A stretch of DNA of 64,000 nucleotides from Alphaproteobacteria bacterium (lineage in GTDB: Bacteria > Pseudomonadota > Alphaproteobacteria > GCA-2731375). A program made the position numbers and the translations under genes. The stretch is taken from assembly GCA_965232515.1 (NCBI GenBank), contig CBDDPY010000002.1:256001-320000 (forward strand), read 5' to 3'. The first letter of the stretch is position 1; each line of letters begins with the position of its first letter. The notes beneath the pieces are model-generated. The model was given only the letters and a program-made list of their open reading frames with translations. It ran no database searches and was not told the DNA's origin. Of this stretch, positions 28,885 to 39,521 are shown piece by piece.

Positions 28885-28908
28885 TACATACTGACCAGTC
28901 GGTTTGTT
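28885..28908. promoter_or_regulatory. Putative TetR operator (copy 1)
   Basis: TACATACTGACCAGTCGGTTTGTT; 18/24 identical to the palindrome at 35541-35564. Confidence 0.65.
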
Positions 28909-28936
28909 AATTGATGCGAGCGACGGTTTGACCGCC

Positions 28937-29727
28937 ATGGCCGATCAGCACCGCGACGAGACGGGCGCCGCGCTGCTGCGCGTCAGCGGCCTGTCGCGGA
29001 ATTTCTATGGCGTGCAGGCCATTCAGGCCGCCGATCTGGAGGTGCGTCCCGGCACCATCACCGGCCTGATCGGGCCCAATGGCGCCGGCAAAACCACGCT
29101 GTTCAACTGCATTTCGGGCGTCATTCCGCCCGATGCGGGCCGGGTCATCTTCGATAGCGAGGACATCACCGGCTGGCGGCCGGAGCGCATCTCGCGGCGC
29201 GGCATGGTGCGGACCTTTCAGATTGCCCGTGGCTTGCCGCGCCTGACAGTGCTGGAAAACCTGCTGCTCTATGGCATCGACCAGCCGGGCGAGCATCTGG
29301 GTCGTTTGTTCCTGCTGCCCGGCGCTGTGTCGAAGCGCGAAGCCGAACTGACCGACCAGGCGATTGCGATTGCCGACAAGCTACGTTTGACCGAGGTCCT
29401 GAACAACCGGGCCGACGAAGTTTCAGGCGGGCAGAAAAAACTGCTCGAAATCGGCCGGGCGCTGATGACCCGGCCGAAGCTCATTCTGCTCGACGAGCCC
29501 ATTGCCGGCGTCAACCCGAGCCTGGCGTCGGAAATCGCCGACCAGCTCGTGCGCCTTCGGGAAGAGGAGGGCCTGACCTTCCTCATCATCGAGCACGACA
29601 TGGACCTGATCGCGCGGCTTTGCGATCCCGTCACCGTCATGGCCAACGGCCGGCGCCTGGCCGAGGGCAGCTTCGACGAGATCACCCATAACCCGGATGT
29701 CCAGGAAGCCTATCTCGGGAGCCGCAA

Positions 29728-29740
<13 letters not shown>
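28937..29740 (+). CDS. ABC ATP-binding protein (LivG-like)
   Basis: GPNGAGKTT, RTFQ, SGGQKKLLE, LLDEPIAGVNP, IEHDM. Confidence 0.92.
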
Positions 29741-30435
<695 letters not shown>

Positions 30436-30454
30436 CGAAAAGAAGGAGGCGTAT

Positions 30455-31657
30455 ATGTCGCAGAATAAAATTTCCCGCCGGAGCGTCCTGCACGGCGGCG
30501 TCGCCGCGGCGGCAATTCTGGCCAGTCCGGCCGTTCTTCGCGCCCAAAGCGGGCCGATCAAGCTGGGCGCGCTCAATCCGCTGACGGGCGTCGGCGGCAA
30601 CTACGGGCCGTCCATGCGCGCCGCGATCGCCGGCGTCGTCGACCAGGTCAACGCGGCCGGCGGCGTCCTCGGACGTCAGATCGAGCTTGCCTCGGGCGAT
30701 ACCCAGACCAATCCCGAGGCCGCGGTCCGCGCCGCGCGCAAGCTGATCGACGTCGATGGCGTCTCCGCCGTCCTCGGCACCTGGGCCTCGTCCATCACCA
30801 CGGCCGTCGCGCCGCTCTGCTGGGAGAGCAAGACCATGCTGTTCTGCGTCTCCGGCGCCGACAGCATCACCCAGCTGCCGCATCAGGGCTTCATCGCCCG
30901 CACCCAGCCCAACAGTAAGCTGCAGATCCGCGTCGCCGGCGACTTCATGGTCGGCGAGGGCATGTCGCGGGGCGTCTGGATCGGCCCGCAAACGCCGTTC
31001 GCCCAGAGCTCGATCGACATCCTCGACGAGATCATGAAAAAGGCCGGCCACGGCTACGAGAGCCTGATCTACGAGGCCGACAAGACGACCTACCGTTCCG
31101 AGGTCGATCAGATCCTGCGTCAGAAGCCCGACTTCCTGATGCTGGGCGGTTACGCCGCGGACAGCACCATTCTGCTGCGCGACCTGTTCCAGGCCGGCTA
31201 CGAGGGCAAGATCATCGGCCCGGCCTATGCCGTGAACGCGTCGCTGCTGAAGGCGCTGCCCGACGACGTGGTCGAAGGCATCTTCACCTGGGAAGGTTCG
31301 CCGGCGGTCGACTCCAGCGCTTACGCCAAGGTCAAGGCGATCCTCGGCGTCGACGAGGTCGATCCGTACTCGGCCCAGACCTACGATCACGCCAGCCTCG
31401 CCATCATGGCCATGGCTGCGGCCGGGAACAGCGCCGGCGACGCCATTCGCCAGAGCCTGCGCACGATCAGCCAGGGCGAGGGCGAGACCGTCGACAACGC
31501 CGTCGACGGCTTGAAGATCATCGCCGGCGGCGGCGCCGTGAACTATTCCGGCGCCAGCGGTCCGTGCGACTTCGACGAGATCGGCGACATCGTCGGCACC
31601 CAGTTCATCTTCAAGAAAATCTCCGGCGGCAAGCCAGGCGTTTACAAGCGCGCCTAG
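30455..31657 (+). CDS. Liv-type ABC substrate-binding protein with Tat signal
   Basis: ISRRSVL twin-arginine motif, PLTG, VNAAGGVLGR, GASGPCDFD; AAGGAGG RBS. Confidence 0.9.
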   Translation: MSQNKISRRSVLHGGVAAAAILASPAVLRAQSGPIKLGALNPLTGVGGNYGPSMRAAIAGVVDQVNAAGGVLGRQIELASGDTQTNPEAAVRAARKLIDVDGVSAVLGTWASSITTAVAPLCWESKTMLFCVSGADSITQLPHQGFIARTQPNSKLQIRVAGDFMVGEGMSRGVWIGPQTPFAQSSIDILDEIMKKAGHGYESLIYEADKTTYRSEVDQILRQKPDFLMLGGYAADSTILLRDLFQAGYEGKIIGPAYAVNASLLKALPDDVVEGIFTWEGSPAVDSSAYAKVKAILGVDEVDPYSAQTYDHASLAIMAMAAAGNSAGDAIRQSLRTISQGEGETVDNAVDGLKIIAGGGAVNYSGASGPCDFDEIGDIVGTQFIFKKISGGKPGVYKRA

Positions 31658-31672
31658 TCGTCTTTCGCTAAC

Positions 31673-31709
31673 CCGGCCCCGACGCCGCCATTTGGCGCAT
31701 CGGGGCCGG
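31673..31709 (+). terminator. Intercistronic stem-loop after SBP gene
   Basis: Stem CCGGCCCCGA/TCGGGGCCGG with inner GCCA/TGGC pairing. Confidence 0.45.
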
Positions 31710-31743
31710 CGCGGCTTCTGTTCAGGAAATTGGCGCGTCGCCC

Positions 31744-32610
31744 GTGCTGGATCTTCTGCCACAACTGCTGGTGAACGGCATCGTCAGCGGGACGCTGCTC
31801 GCCATCCCGGCGATTGGTTTCACCGCCATCTTCGCCGTGCTGCGGTTTCCCAACTTCGCCGTCGCCTCGCACGCGACCATCGGCGCCTTCGCCGGCTACG
31901 TTGCGAACGTGCATTTCGGCCTGCCGGCGTTCGTCGCCATCGTCTTCGCCTTCGCGGTCGCCGGCCTCGTCGGCATGGTCACCGACGAGATCGCGCTGAA
32001 ACCGTTGCGCGTCCACGGCGCGCTGACCACGGCCATCGCCTCCATCGCGCTGACGCTCGTGCTGGAGAACTGCGTCCGCTTCGCCTTCGGCAACGAATTG
32101 CGTGGCTACGATCTGCCGATCCTGCGCGACTGGCGCTTCGGCGACATCCGCATCGGTCCGCAGCAGGTCGAAAATCTCGGGCTCGCCATCGCCATCATGT
32201 TGGCGGTGTTCGCATTCCTGTCGTTCTCGCGCATGGGCAAGGCCATGCGGGCGGTCGCCGATAACCCATTGCTCGCCGACCTCAAGGGCATCAACGCCGA
32301 GAAGATCGGCCGCCTGACGGCGTTCTTCGGCATGGGCCTGGTCGGCGTCGGCGGCATGCTGCTGGGGCTCGGCACCTCCATCGATCCGCTGACCGGCTTC
32401 CGCTTCATCCTCGCGATCTTCGCGGCCGCCGTGGTCGGCGGTCTCGGCAGCATTCCGGGCGCGGTGATCGGCGCCATGGTCGTCGGCATCGGCGAGGAGC
32501 TTTCGCTGATCGTGTTGAGTCCGACCTACAAGAGCGCGGTCGGATTCATCGCCATCGTGCTGGTGCTGACGCTCAGACCGCGCGGCATCCTCGGCGAACG
32601 GGCGCACTGA
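31744..32610 (+). CDS. ABC permease (LivH-like)
   Basis: NGIVSGTLLAI, PNFA, GKAMRAVADN, VVGGLGSIPGA, RPRGILG. Confidence 0.92.
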   Translation: MLDLLPQLLVNGIVSGTLLAIPAIGFTAIFAVLRFPNFAVASHATIGAFAGYVANVHFGLPAFVAIVFAFAVAGLVGMVTDEIALKPLRVHGALTTAIASIALTLVLENCVRFAFGNELRGYDLPILRDWRFGDIRIGPQQVENLGLAIAIMLAVFAFLSFSRMGKAMRAVADNPLLADLKGINAEKIGRLTAFFGMGLVGVGGMLLGLGTSIDPLTGFRFILAIFAAAVVGGLGSIPGAVIGAMVVGIGEELSLIVLSPTYKSAVGFIAIVLVLTLRPRGILGERAH

Positions 32611-32613
32611 GCC

Positions 32614-33531
32614 ATGGAAAGCTATCTCATTTCCATCGTCACCTTCGCCGGCATCTATGCGCTGCTGACGCTGGGGCTCAATGTCATCTGGGGCATGACC
32701 GGGCTGATCAATCTCGGTCTCGCCGGCTTCTTTGCCTTCGGCGCCTACGCCTCGGCGCTCGTCACGACAACGGGCAACATGCCGATCCTGGTCGGCGTGG
32801 TCGTCGCCATTCTCGCCACCGCCGCCGCGGGCGTGCTGATGACGTTGGTGACCATGCGGCTGCGCGGCGATTACCTCGCCATCGTCACGCTCGGCTTTTC
32901 CGAACTGATCCGTCTCATTGCCTCGAACGAGATCTGGCTGACGAACGGCACCGACGGCATCTCCGGCATCCCCGGCCCCCTACGCGGCGAGCTCAGTCCG
33001 GCCGGCTTCAACATGCTGTTCTGCGTCCTGACGCTGCTCACCGTGGCCTTGGTCTACGTCTTCGTGCAGCGGTTGCGGCACAGCCCCTACGGCCGCATGC
33101 TGCGCGCCATCCGCGACGACGAGCTCGCTACCGCCGTCGCCGGAAAATCAACCCGAGTCATCAAGATCCAGGCCTTCGCCATCGGCGCCGGCGTGCTCGG
33201 ATTGGCCGGCGCGTTTTACGGTCACTACACCAGCTACATCGCGCCCGACATCTTCCGCCCGCTGATCACCATCTACATCTTCCTCGCCCTGACGGCGGGC
33301 GGCACCGGCAACAATCTCGGCGCCGTGGTCGGCGCGTTCCTGGTCATGGCCGTGCTCGAAGGCACGCGGTTTCTGGAAGACCTGGTGCCCGGACTCGCCG
33401 GCGTGCAGTACGCGGCTTTGCGCGAGATCGCCGTCGGCGTGATCCTCATCGTCGTCATGCATGTCCGGCCCACGGGACTCTTCCCCGAACGGCCGCCGGC
33501 CATCGACATCAATCGCAAATCCATCGGTTAG
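32614..33531 (+). CDS. ABC permease (LivM-like)
   Basis: GLNVIWGMTG, LRGDYLAIVTLGF, SPYGRMLRAIRDDE, RPTGLF. Confidence 0.92.
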   Translation: MESYLISIVTFAGIYALLTLGLNVIWGMTGLINLGLAGFFAFGAYASALVTTTGNMPILVGVVVAILATAAAGVLMTLVTMRLRGDYLAIVTLGFSELIRLIASNEIWLTNGTDGISGIPGPLRGELSPAGFNMLFCVLTLLTVALVYVFVQRLRHSPYGRMLRAIRDDELATAVAGKSTRVIKIQAFAIGAGVLGLAGAFYGHYTSYIAPDIFRPLITIYIFLALTAGGTGNNLGAVVGAFLVMAVLEGTRFLEDLVPGLAGVQYAALREIAVGVILIVVMHVRPTGLFPERPPAIDINRKSIG

Positions 33532-33544
33532 GAGTGGCGCAGCC

Positions 33545-34066
33545 ATGAAAAAGGATCGCGATCCCACCACCGTCCTGGCGGCGCTCGGCCGTTGCGCCGC
33601 GGCCATGGCGGCGCCCGGCCAACCCGATCCGCTGTTCCGCAGCCTGGAGACGGAGCTGGGACAGCTCATCGGCCACAAGCTCTTCACCATCATGGTGCTG
33701 GATTACGAGCGCGGCGTGGCCCAGCGCCTCTACACCAGCGCGCCCGAGGCCTATCCGGTGCAGGGCCGCAAGCCGCTTCGCGACCTCACCGACTGGGGCA
33801 AGCACGTCATCGAAGAGAAGCAAGCCTTCATGGGCCTCACCCGCGAGGTCATTCGCCAGACCTTCAGCGATCACGAAACCATCGAGGCGCTGGGCTGCGG
33901 TTCCATCATCAACCTGCCGGTCCGCTACGACGACCGCGTTCTCGGCGCGGTCAACATCCTGCACGAGGAAAACTATTTCACCGACGCCGATATCGAGGTT
34001 GGCGCGCCCTTCGCCCAGCTCGCCGCCACCGCCTGCCGCGACTGGGCCGCCGCGCTTTCGGACTGA
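33545..34066 (+). CDS. Stand-alone GAF domain protein
   Basis: IGHKLFT, RLYTSAPEAYPVQGRK, TFSDHETIEALGCGSIINLPV...VLGAVNILH; last gene of the ABC operon. Confidence 0.75.
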   Translation: MKKDRDPTTVLAALGRCAAAMAAPGQPDPLFRSLETELGQLIGHKLFTIMVLDYERGVAQRLYTSAPEAYPVQGRKPLRDLTDWGKHVIEEKQAFMGLTREVIRQTFSDHETIEALGCGSIINLPVRYDDRVLGAVNILHEENYFTDADIEVGAPFAQLAATACRDWAAALSD

Positions 34067-34140
34067 AGCGGGAGGCATTCGAGTGGCATCGGAGATATGT
34101 GAGGACCACTGCCTCCGTTGCCGCCGAGATCCGATATCGC

Positions 34141-34245
34141 ATGCTTCGAGACGCGGCTTCGCCGCTCCTCAGCATAAGGCAGGGCACCGATATCAAATGC
34201 GACCCTCATCCTGAGGAGCGCCCGTCAGGGCGCGTCTCGAAGGAT
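34141..34245. repeat. REP-like inverted doublet, family B (intact copy)
   Basis: ATGCTTCGAGACGC-hairpin-GCTCCTCAGCATAAGG ... CCTCATCCTGAGGAGC-hairpin-GCGTCTCGAAGGAT; between convergent genes. Confidence 0.85.
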
Positions 34246-34311
34246 CGGCCATCGGTTGCTGAAGCCGACAGGGCCTTACGGCAACGCTGATAAGCCTGAT
34301 CGTATTCCGGA

Positions 34312-35475
34312 CTAGGGAAGGGGCAGTGTGAGGCCGTCGAGGTCGTCGGGCGCTTTGGTCAGGATGCGGTTGCCGTCCTCGGTCGTCATGATCGTGTCCG
34401 AATGCCGGAACCCGCCGACGCCGTCCAGATAGACCCCAGGCTCGATGGTATAGAACATGCCCGGCTCGATCTCCCGGTCGTAGCCCTCGGCCAGGAACGG
34501 CGCCTCATGGCCGGTCACGCCGATGCTGTGGCTCGTGCGATGCAGCAGATTGTCGCCGTAGCCGGCCTTCTCGAACACCGCGTTCACCCGCGCATCGACC
34601 TCGCCCATGTTGGCGCCGGGCCGGGTCAGCTCCAGGGCGAGATACCGCGCTTCCATCATGGTCTCGAACGGCCGCTTCGCAGCCTCCGGCACCGAGCCGA
34701 GGAAAAACGTCCGCTCGATCTCGGCGCCATAGCCGTTGAGCCGGCAATTGATCAGCGACACGTGCGGGCCGCCTTCCTCCATCTCCATGAAGATGTTGGT
34801 GAAGTTGTGCGGATCGTGCGAGACGCTGGGCGGCTGGAACAGAACGAAGATCGAGGTCGCCAGCAGGTTCGCCGTCGGCACGTCCTGCAGCAGCCGGCCG
34901 GACATGCCGCGCGACAACGCACCCGAGGCGTCGGCCGCCATCAGCCCCGGCTTGGCCATGGCCATCAGCTCGGCATGCGTCTCGCTGACCCGCTCGCAGG
35001 CATAGACGATGCGCCCGATCTCGTACGGGGTCTTGACCATGCGTGCATCGTCGACCACGTCGGTCTGCCGTCTGTCGCCGGGCGTCGCCTCGTAGACCTG
35101 CAGCGGGCAGATCGACTCGACCCCCACCGCGCCGCCGCCGCCGAACAGCGGCGAAAAGCTGTCGATCCAGGTTTCACCGGCGGGAGCCGGGAATTCCCGA
35201 TAGGGCACGATGTCCAGCTCGCCGACGCGCCGGCTCAGCACGTGCGGCACCTCCAGCTTCGGTACCACGAAACGCGGCGTGCCCGTGCGCGGCAGCACCA
35301 GAATGAACGGGCGCTCGTGCACATAGTTGGCGAAGTTGGTGAGATAAAAGACGTTGTCGGGGCAGGTCGCCACATAGTAGTCGAGGCCCTGCTGCTTCAT
35401 CATCGCCCGCACCCGGTCGCGGCGGGTCTCGATTTCGTCGGCAGTCGGCGGCGTGAAGATAGGCTCCAGTGACAT
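34312..35475 (-). CDS. M24 (pita-bread fold) Xaa-Pro peptidase/creatinase-like hydrolase
   Basis: NVFYLT N-domain, RMVKTPYEI, GYGAEIERT, HSIG..GHEAP, TIEPGVY, FRHSDT; start 35475 chosen by RBS spacing. Confidence 0.85.
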   Translation of the reverse strand: MSLEPIFTPPTADEIETRRDRVRAMMKQQGLDYYVATCPDNVFYLTNFANYVHERPFILVLPRTGTPRFVVPKLEVPHVLSRRVGELDIVPYREFPAPAGETWIDSFSPLFGGGGAVGVESICPLQVYEATPGDRRQTDVVDDARMVKTPYEIGRIVYACERVSETHAELMAMAKPGLMAADASGALSRGMSGRLLQDVPTANLLATSIFVLFQPPSVSHDPHNFTNIFMEMEEGGPHVSLINCRLNGYGAEIERTFFLGSVPEAAKRPFETMMEARYLALELTRPGANMGEVDARVNAVFEKAGYGDNLLHRTSHSIGVTGHEAPFLAEGYDREIEPGMFYTIEPGVYLDGVGGFRHSDTIMTTEDGNRILTKAPDDLDGLTLPLP

Positions 35476-35540
35476 GTCCATTCCCTCGTGCGGTCCCGGG
35501 AGAAACGCGTGTCGGTTTCCCGATCAAATCCATTTCATGC

Positions 35541-35564
35541 TACAAACCAACCGGCCGGTTTGTA
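35541..35564. promoter_or_regulatory. Putative TetR operator (copy 2) between divergent M24 and tetR genes
   Basis: TACAAACC-AACCGGCC-GGTTTGTA with perfect 8-bp arms. Confidence 0.75.
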
Positions 35565-35596
35565 AATAGAGCCTGCGAAGTATACGGGACGGATCG

Positions 35597-36214
35597 ATGC
35601 AGCAAGCCAAGAAACGACGGACGCAGGAGGAGCGGACGGCGGAGACCAAGGCCAAGATCCTCAACGCGACGCTCGACGTGATGGAGGAGGACGGCATCGC
35701 CGACGCCTCGACGGCGGCCATCGCCCGGCGCGCCGGCGTATCGCGGGGCGCGCTCAGCCACCACTACGCGTCCAAGTTCGACCTCATCGTGGCCGCCGTC
35801 GAGTTCCTGCTGAACCGCGCCATCGGCAACATCGAAAAGCTATCCGAGCAGGTGAATGCGGGCGAGGCGACGATCGAGGACGTCCTCGACCGGCTCTGGG
35901 AATACGACAACCGCCGCCTGTTCATCATCTCGCTCGACTACCTGTCGGCGGCGCGCACCGACGAGAAGCTCTACCGGGCGCTGCTGCCGCTCGGGCGCGC
36001 CTATCAGCAGCACCTGGACAAGATCTGGTCAGAGCTGTCCCGGAACGCCGGCATCGCGCCGGACAAGGCTGCCGTCGTGCTGGACATGATGCTGTGCCTG
36101 CTGCGCGGCATGTGCCTGCACACCGTGCTGCGGGACGACGACGACTATTTCAACAACATCCTGGCCATGTGGCGGGAATCCCTGCCGCACGTCCTCGGCC
36201 GCAAGCCCGTTTAA
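35597..36214 (+). CDS. TetR/AcrR family transcriptional regulator
   Basis: RTQEER, IARRAGVSRGALSHHYASK HTH. Confidence 0.93.
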   Translation: MQQAKKRRTQEERTAETKAKILNATLDVMEEDGIADASTAAIARRAGVSRGALSHHYASKFDLIVAAVEFLLNRAIGNIEKLSEQVNAGEATIEDVLDRLWEYDNRRLFIISLDYLSAARTDEKLYRALLPLGRAYQQHLDKIWSELSRNAGIAPDKAAVVLDMMLCLLRGMCLHTVLRDDDDYFNNILAMWRESLPHVLGRKPV

Positions 36215-36223
36215 CCCGACGCG

Positions 36224-37273
36224 TTATCGGGCGGTAACGTCGCTCCAGAGCGCATCCGCGCCCCGGCCGGCGACAGCGCGGCCCAGCCGTTCGGCCCAGT
36301 GCTTCTCCGAACCGAACTCGCTGCGCCACGACCACAGACGACGGGTCAGGTAATGCAGATGGTGCTCGTAGGTGAAGCCGATGGCGCCGTGCACCTGATG
36401 CGCGATGCGGGCGCCGATGCCGGCGGCCTCGCCGGTGCGGATCTTCGCGGCCGCGATCTCGAATTCGGCCGTGCCGCGGTCGGCGGCATGGAACGCGGCC
36501 TCGGCGGCGGCGGCCGCGGCCGCGCTTTCGCCGGCCAGCTCCGCGAGCTGCTGCTGGATCGCCTGGAACTTGCCGATCGGCCGGCCGAACTGCACCCGGT
36601 CGTTGGCATAGGCCACGGAGTCCGCCAGCAGCCGGGCGAGCGCGCCCGCCATCTGCGCCGACCGCACCATGGCGCCCAGATGCCAGATCGTCTCGGCCGT
36701 GATGCTGTCGCCGGCTGGCGCCGCCTCCGCGACGGGCGTCGCGTCGAAATTGAGATCGCTGCGCGTCTCCCGCGCCATGTTCTCGCCGTCTTCGACGGCG
36801 GCGCTGCCGCCTTCGATCCGCACGACCCGCAAGCCGTCGTCGGCGTGCGCCAGCGCCACGATATGCCGGGCCTGGCTGCCCCAGGGCACCCGCCGCGCTG
36901 CGCCATCCAAGGTGCCATCCTTCGTCAGCGACAGGCGTTCGTCCGGCCGCACCGGCGCCAACGTCATGGCGCCCTGCGGCACCTCCATGGCGGACCGGGA
37001 CAGCAGCCAGCCGGCGACGATGGTCTCGGCCAGCGGCACCGGCGCGGCGTGCCGGCCGGCAGCGTGCAGCACCTCGAAGGCGTCGCCCCAAACGGCGCCG
37101 ACGCCGCCCTGGTCTTCCGGCACCAGCGGCTGGGTCAGGCCGGCGTCCGTCAGGCCGTGCCACAGATCCTGCGGCCAGTCGCCACCCTCGGCGGTCTCGA
37201 GCGTCGGCCGCTCGACCAGATCTGTCAGCAGCCGGTCGACCGTGTCGGCCAGAATGTTGCGCAGCTCGCTCAT
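36224..37273 (-). CDS. Acyl-CoA dehydrogenase, short (beta-type) subunit
   Basis: RVQFGRPIGKFQAIQ, HQVHGAIGFTYEH; overlaps upstream ACAD by 4 bp. Confidence 0.88.
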   Translation of the reverse strand: MSELRNILADTVDRLLTDLVERPTLETAEGGDWPQDLWHGLTDAGLTQPLVPEDQGGVGAVWGDAFEVLHAAGRHAAPVPLAETIVAGWLLSRSAMEVPQGAMTLAPVRPDERLSLTKDGTLDGAARRVPWGSQARHIVALAHADDGLRVVRIEGGSAAVEDGENMARETRSDLNFDATPVAEAAPAGDSITAETIWHLGAMVRSAQMAGALARLLADSVAYANDRVQFGRPIGKFQAIQQQLAELAGESAAAAAAAEAAFHAADRGTAEFEIAAAKIRTGEAAGIGARIAHQVHGAIGFTYEHHLHYLTRRLWSWRSEFGSEKHWAERLGRAVAGRGADALWSDVTAR

Positions 37274-38421
37274 CTCAGGCCCAGCCCCCGCGCGATGATG
37301 CCCCGCAAGATCTCCCGCGTGCCGCCGCGCAGCGAAAACGACGGCGTCACCTGGGTCAGATAGGCCTGTACCTGGCTGAAATCGCCGTCATCGTCCATCG
37401 ATGGCTCGACGTCCGACAGCTCGTGCACGATCTGCGGGATCGACTGCTCGAACGTGTTGCCCAAGTCCTTGACCACCGAGGCTTCGAGCGCGGGATCGTC
37501 CCCGGCTTGCAGCTTGCCCGCGACCGACAGCGACATCTGCCGCAACGTCGAGAGGCGCGCGACCAGCCGGCCGATGGCGATGGCGTTGTTCTCGCCGGGG
37601 TCCTGGCTCGCCTCCCGGATCAGCTCGACGATGAGCTGATAGCTGCTGAGATACCGCTCCGGGCCCGAGCGCTCGAAGGCGAGCTCCGAGACTACCTGCT
37701 TCCAGCCGTCGCCGGCATTGCCGACCAGCATGTCGTCCGGCACGAACGCGTCTTCGAACACCACCTCGTTGAAGTGCTCCTCGCCGGCGAGGTTGCGGAT
37801 CGGCCGCACCGTCAGGCCTTCCGTATTCTTCAGGTCGACCAGGAACTGCGACATGCCGGCATGCCGCTCCTCGGCCTTGGGATCTGACCGGAAGAGCGCG
37901 ATCAGGTAGTGCGCCTGATGCGCATTGCTGGTCCAGACCTTGGTGCCGTTCACCACCCAGCCGCCGTCGACCTTGTCGGCGCGCGTGCGGATCGAGGCCA
38001 GGTCCGAGCCCGAGTCCGGCTCGCTCATGCCGATGCCGAAATAGCTCTCGCCGCGAATGATCGGCGGCAGCAGCCGTTGGCGCTGCTCCTCGGTGCCGTA
38101 GCGCAGCAGCAGCGGCCCGCTCTGCCGGTCCGCCACCCAGTGCGCGCCCACCGGCGCGCCCGCCGCCAGCAGCTCTTCCAGCACCACGTAGCGTTCGAAG
38201 AAGCTGCGCCCGCCGCCGCCGTATTCGGTCGGCCAGGTCAGGCCGATCCAGCCGCGCGCGCCCAGCTTGCGGCTGAAATCCGGATCGAAGCCGCTCCAGC
38301 TCTCGGCCCGCTTCACGGCCGGATAGTCCGGCAGCGTCTCGGCCAGAAAATCGCGGACCTCCTGCCGCAAGGCCTCCGCCTCCGGCGGCAGTTCGCAGGG
38401 TTCGAACCGAAACGACTGCAT
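37270..38421 (-). CDS. Acyl-CoA dehydrogenase (alpha-type subunit)
   Basis: GMSEPDSGSDLAS, NGTKVWTS, FNEVVF, LAFERSG, GGTREILRGIIAR. Confidence 0.92.
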   Translation of the reverse strand: MQSFRFEPCELPPEAEALRQEVRDFLAETLPDYPAVKRAESWSGFDPDFSRKLGARGWIGLTWPTEYGGGGRSFFERYVVLEELLAAGAPVGAHWVADRQSGPLLLRYGTEEQRQRLLPPIIRGESYFGIGMSEPDSGSDLASIRTRADKVDGGWVVNGTKVWTSNAHQAHYLIALFRSDPKAEERHAGMSQFLVDLKNTEGLTVRPIRNLAGEEHFNEVVFEDAFVPDDMLVGNAGDGWKQVVSELAFERSGPERYLSSYQLIVELIREASQDPGENNAIAIGRLVARLSTLRQMSLSVAGKLQAGDDPALEASVVKDLGNTFEQSIPQIVHELSDVEPSMDDDGDFSQVQAYLTQVTPSFSLRGGTREILRGIIARGLGLR

Positions 38422-38539
38422 CTAAAACGCTCCTGATCGTACGGGTGGGCAAGGAACAACCTAGCAGCCGTGGACCCCGCGTCAAATGTCGGTATGGTCG
38501 AGATTGTCGCAGGTGAGTGATGTTGAGGGATTTGTGCAA

Positions 38540-39472
38540 ATGCGTATCGCGATCATGGGGGCCGGCGCCATCGGCGGGTATTTCGGGGCGCTGCTGGCGG
38601 CGGTCGGGCAGGAGGTCGTCTTCATCGCCCGCGGGCCGCATCTGGCGGCGATGCGGGCGAATGGCCTGACGGTGCTGAGCGAACGCGGCGACGTCACGGT
38701 CGATCCCGTCTGGGCGATCGACGATCCATCTGAGGTCGGCCCGGTCGACTGGGTCGTGGTCACGGTGAAGAACTTCGACCTGATCGACGCCGCCGAACGC
38801 ATGGCGCCCATGGTCGGCCCGGACACCGCCATCGTCAGTTTCCAGAACGGCGTCGAGAGCGCCGAGATCCTGGCCGGCCGCTTCGGTCGGGACCGTGTGC
38901 TCGACGGCATCACCTACCTGCCGGCCGTCGTCGCCGAGCCCGGCGTCATCCGCCACACCGGCCCGGTCAACCGCTTCGTCTTCGGCGAGCTCGACGGCGC
39001 CGAGACCGCACGGGCCATCGCTTTGCGCGACGCTGGCGAGGCGGCCGGCATCGACATGGCGCTGCGTGCCGACATTGAGGTCGAGGTCTGGCGCAAGTTC
39101 CTGGTGCAGTCGACCTTCGCCGCGCTTTGCTGCCTCGGCCGCTACGCGCTCGGCACCATGTTGTCGCGGCCGGCGGTGCGGGCGGTCTACCGCCAGGGCA
39201 TGGACGAGGTCTTCGCCGTCGCCCGGGCCAAAGGCGTGGCGTTGCCGGACGACGAGGTCGAGAAGGCGCTGCATTTCGCCGAGACCGTCGCCGATCCGGC
39301 GACCTCGTCCTCCATGCTGACGGACCTCGAGCGCGGCAACCGCATCGAGATCGAGTCGCTCTCCGGCGCCGTCGTTCGGCTCGGCCGGGAGTTCGGGGTG
39401 CCGACGCCCTTCCACGACATGGCGCTGGCGGTGCTCAGCCCATATGCCGACAGCGATGGACGGCCCGGCTAG
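38540..39472 (+). CDS. Ketopantoate reductase (PanE/ApbA) family oxidoreductase
   Basis: GAGAIGG Rossmann motif, VK, QNG, WRKF, SSMLTDLERG..IE. Confidence 0.88.
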   Translation: MRIAIMGAGAIGGYFGALLAAVGQEVVFIARGPHLAAMRANGLTVLSERGDVTVDPVWAIDDPSEVGPVDWVVVTVKNFDLIDAAERMAPMVGPDTAIVSFQNGVESAEILAGRFGRDRVLDGITYLPAVVAEPGVIRHTGPVNRFVFGELDGAETARAIALRDAGEAAGIDMALRADIEVEVWRKFLVQSTFAALCCLGRYALGTMLSRPAVRAVYRQGMDEVFAVARAKGVALPDDEVEKALHFAETVADPATSSSMLTDLERGNRIEIESLSGAVVRLGREFGVPTPFHDMALAVLSPYADSDGRPG

Positions 39473-39521
39473 ACCTGCCGCATAATTCAGCAACAACGAA
39501 TAAGCCTCGGAGGCGCAAAAG

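Noticed and set aside
34067-34130. Bulged hairpin GGAGGCA..AGTGG / CCACTGCCTCC after the GAF gene as an ncRNA
   Set aside because: Single imperfect stem with no family resemblance; could be a terminator or chance pairing in GC-rich DNA.
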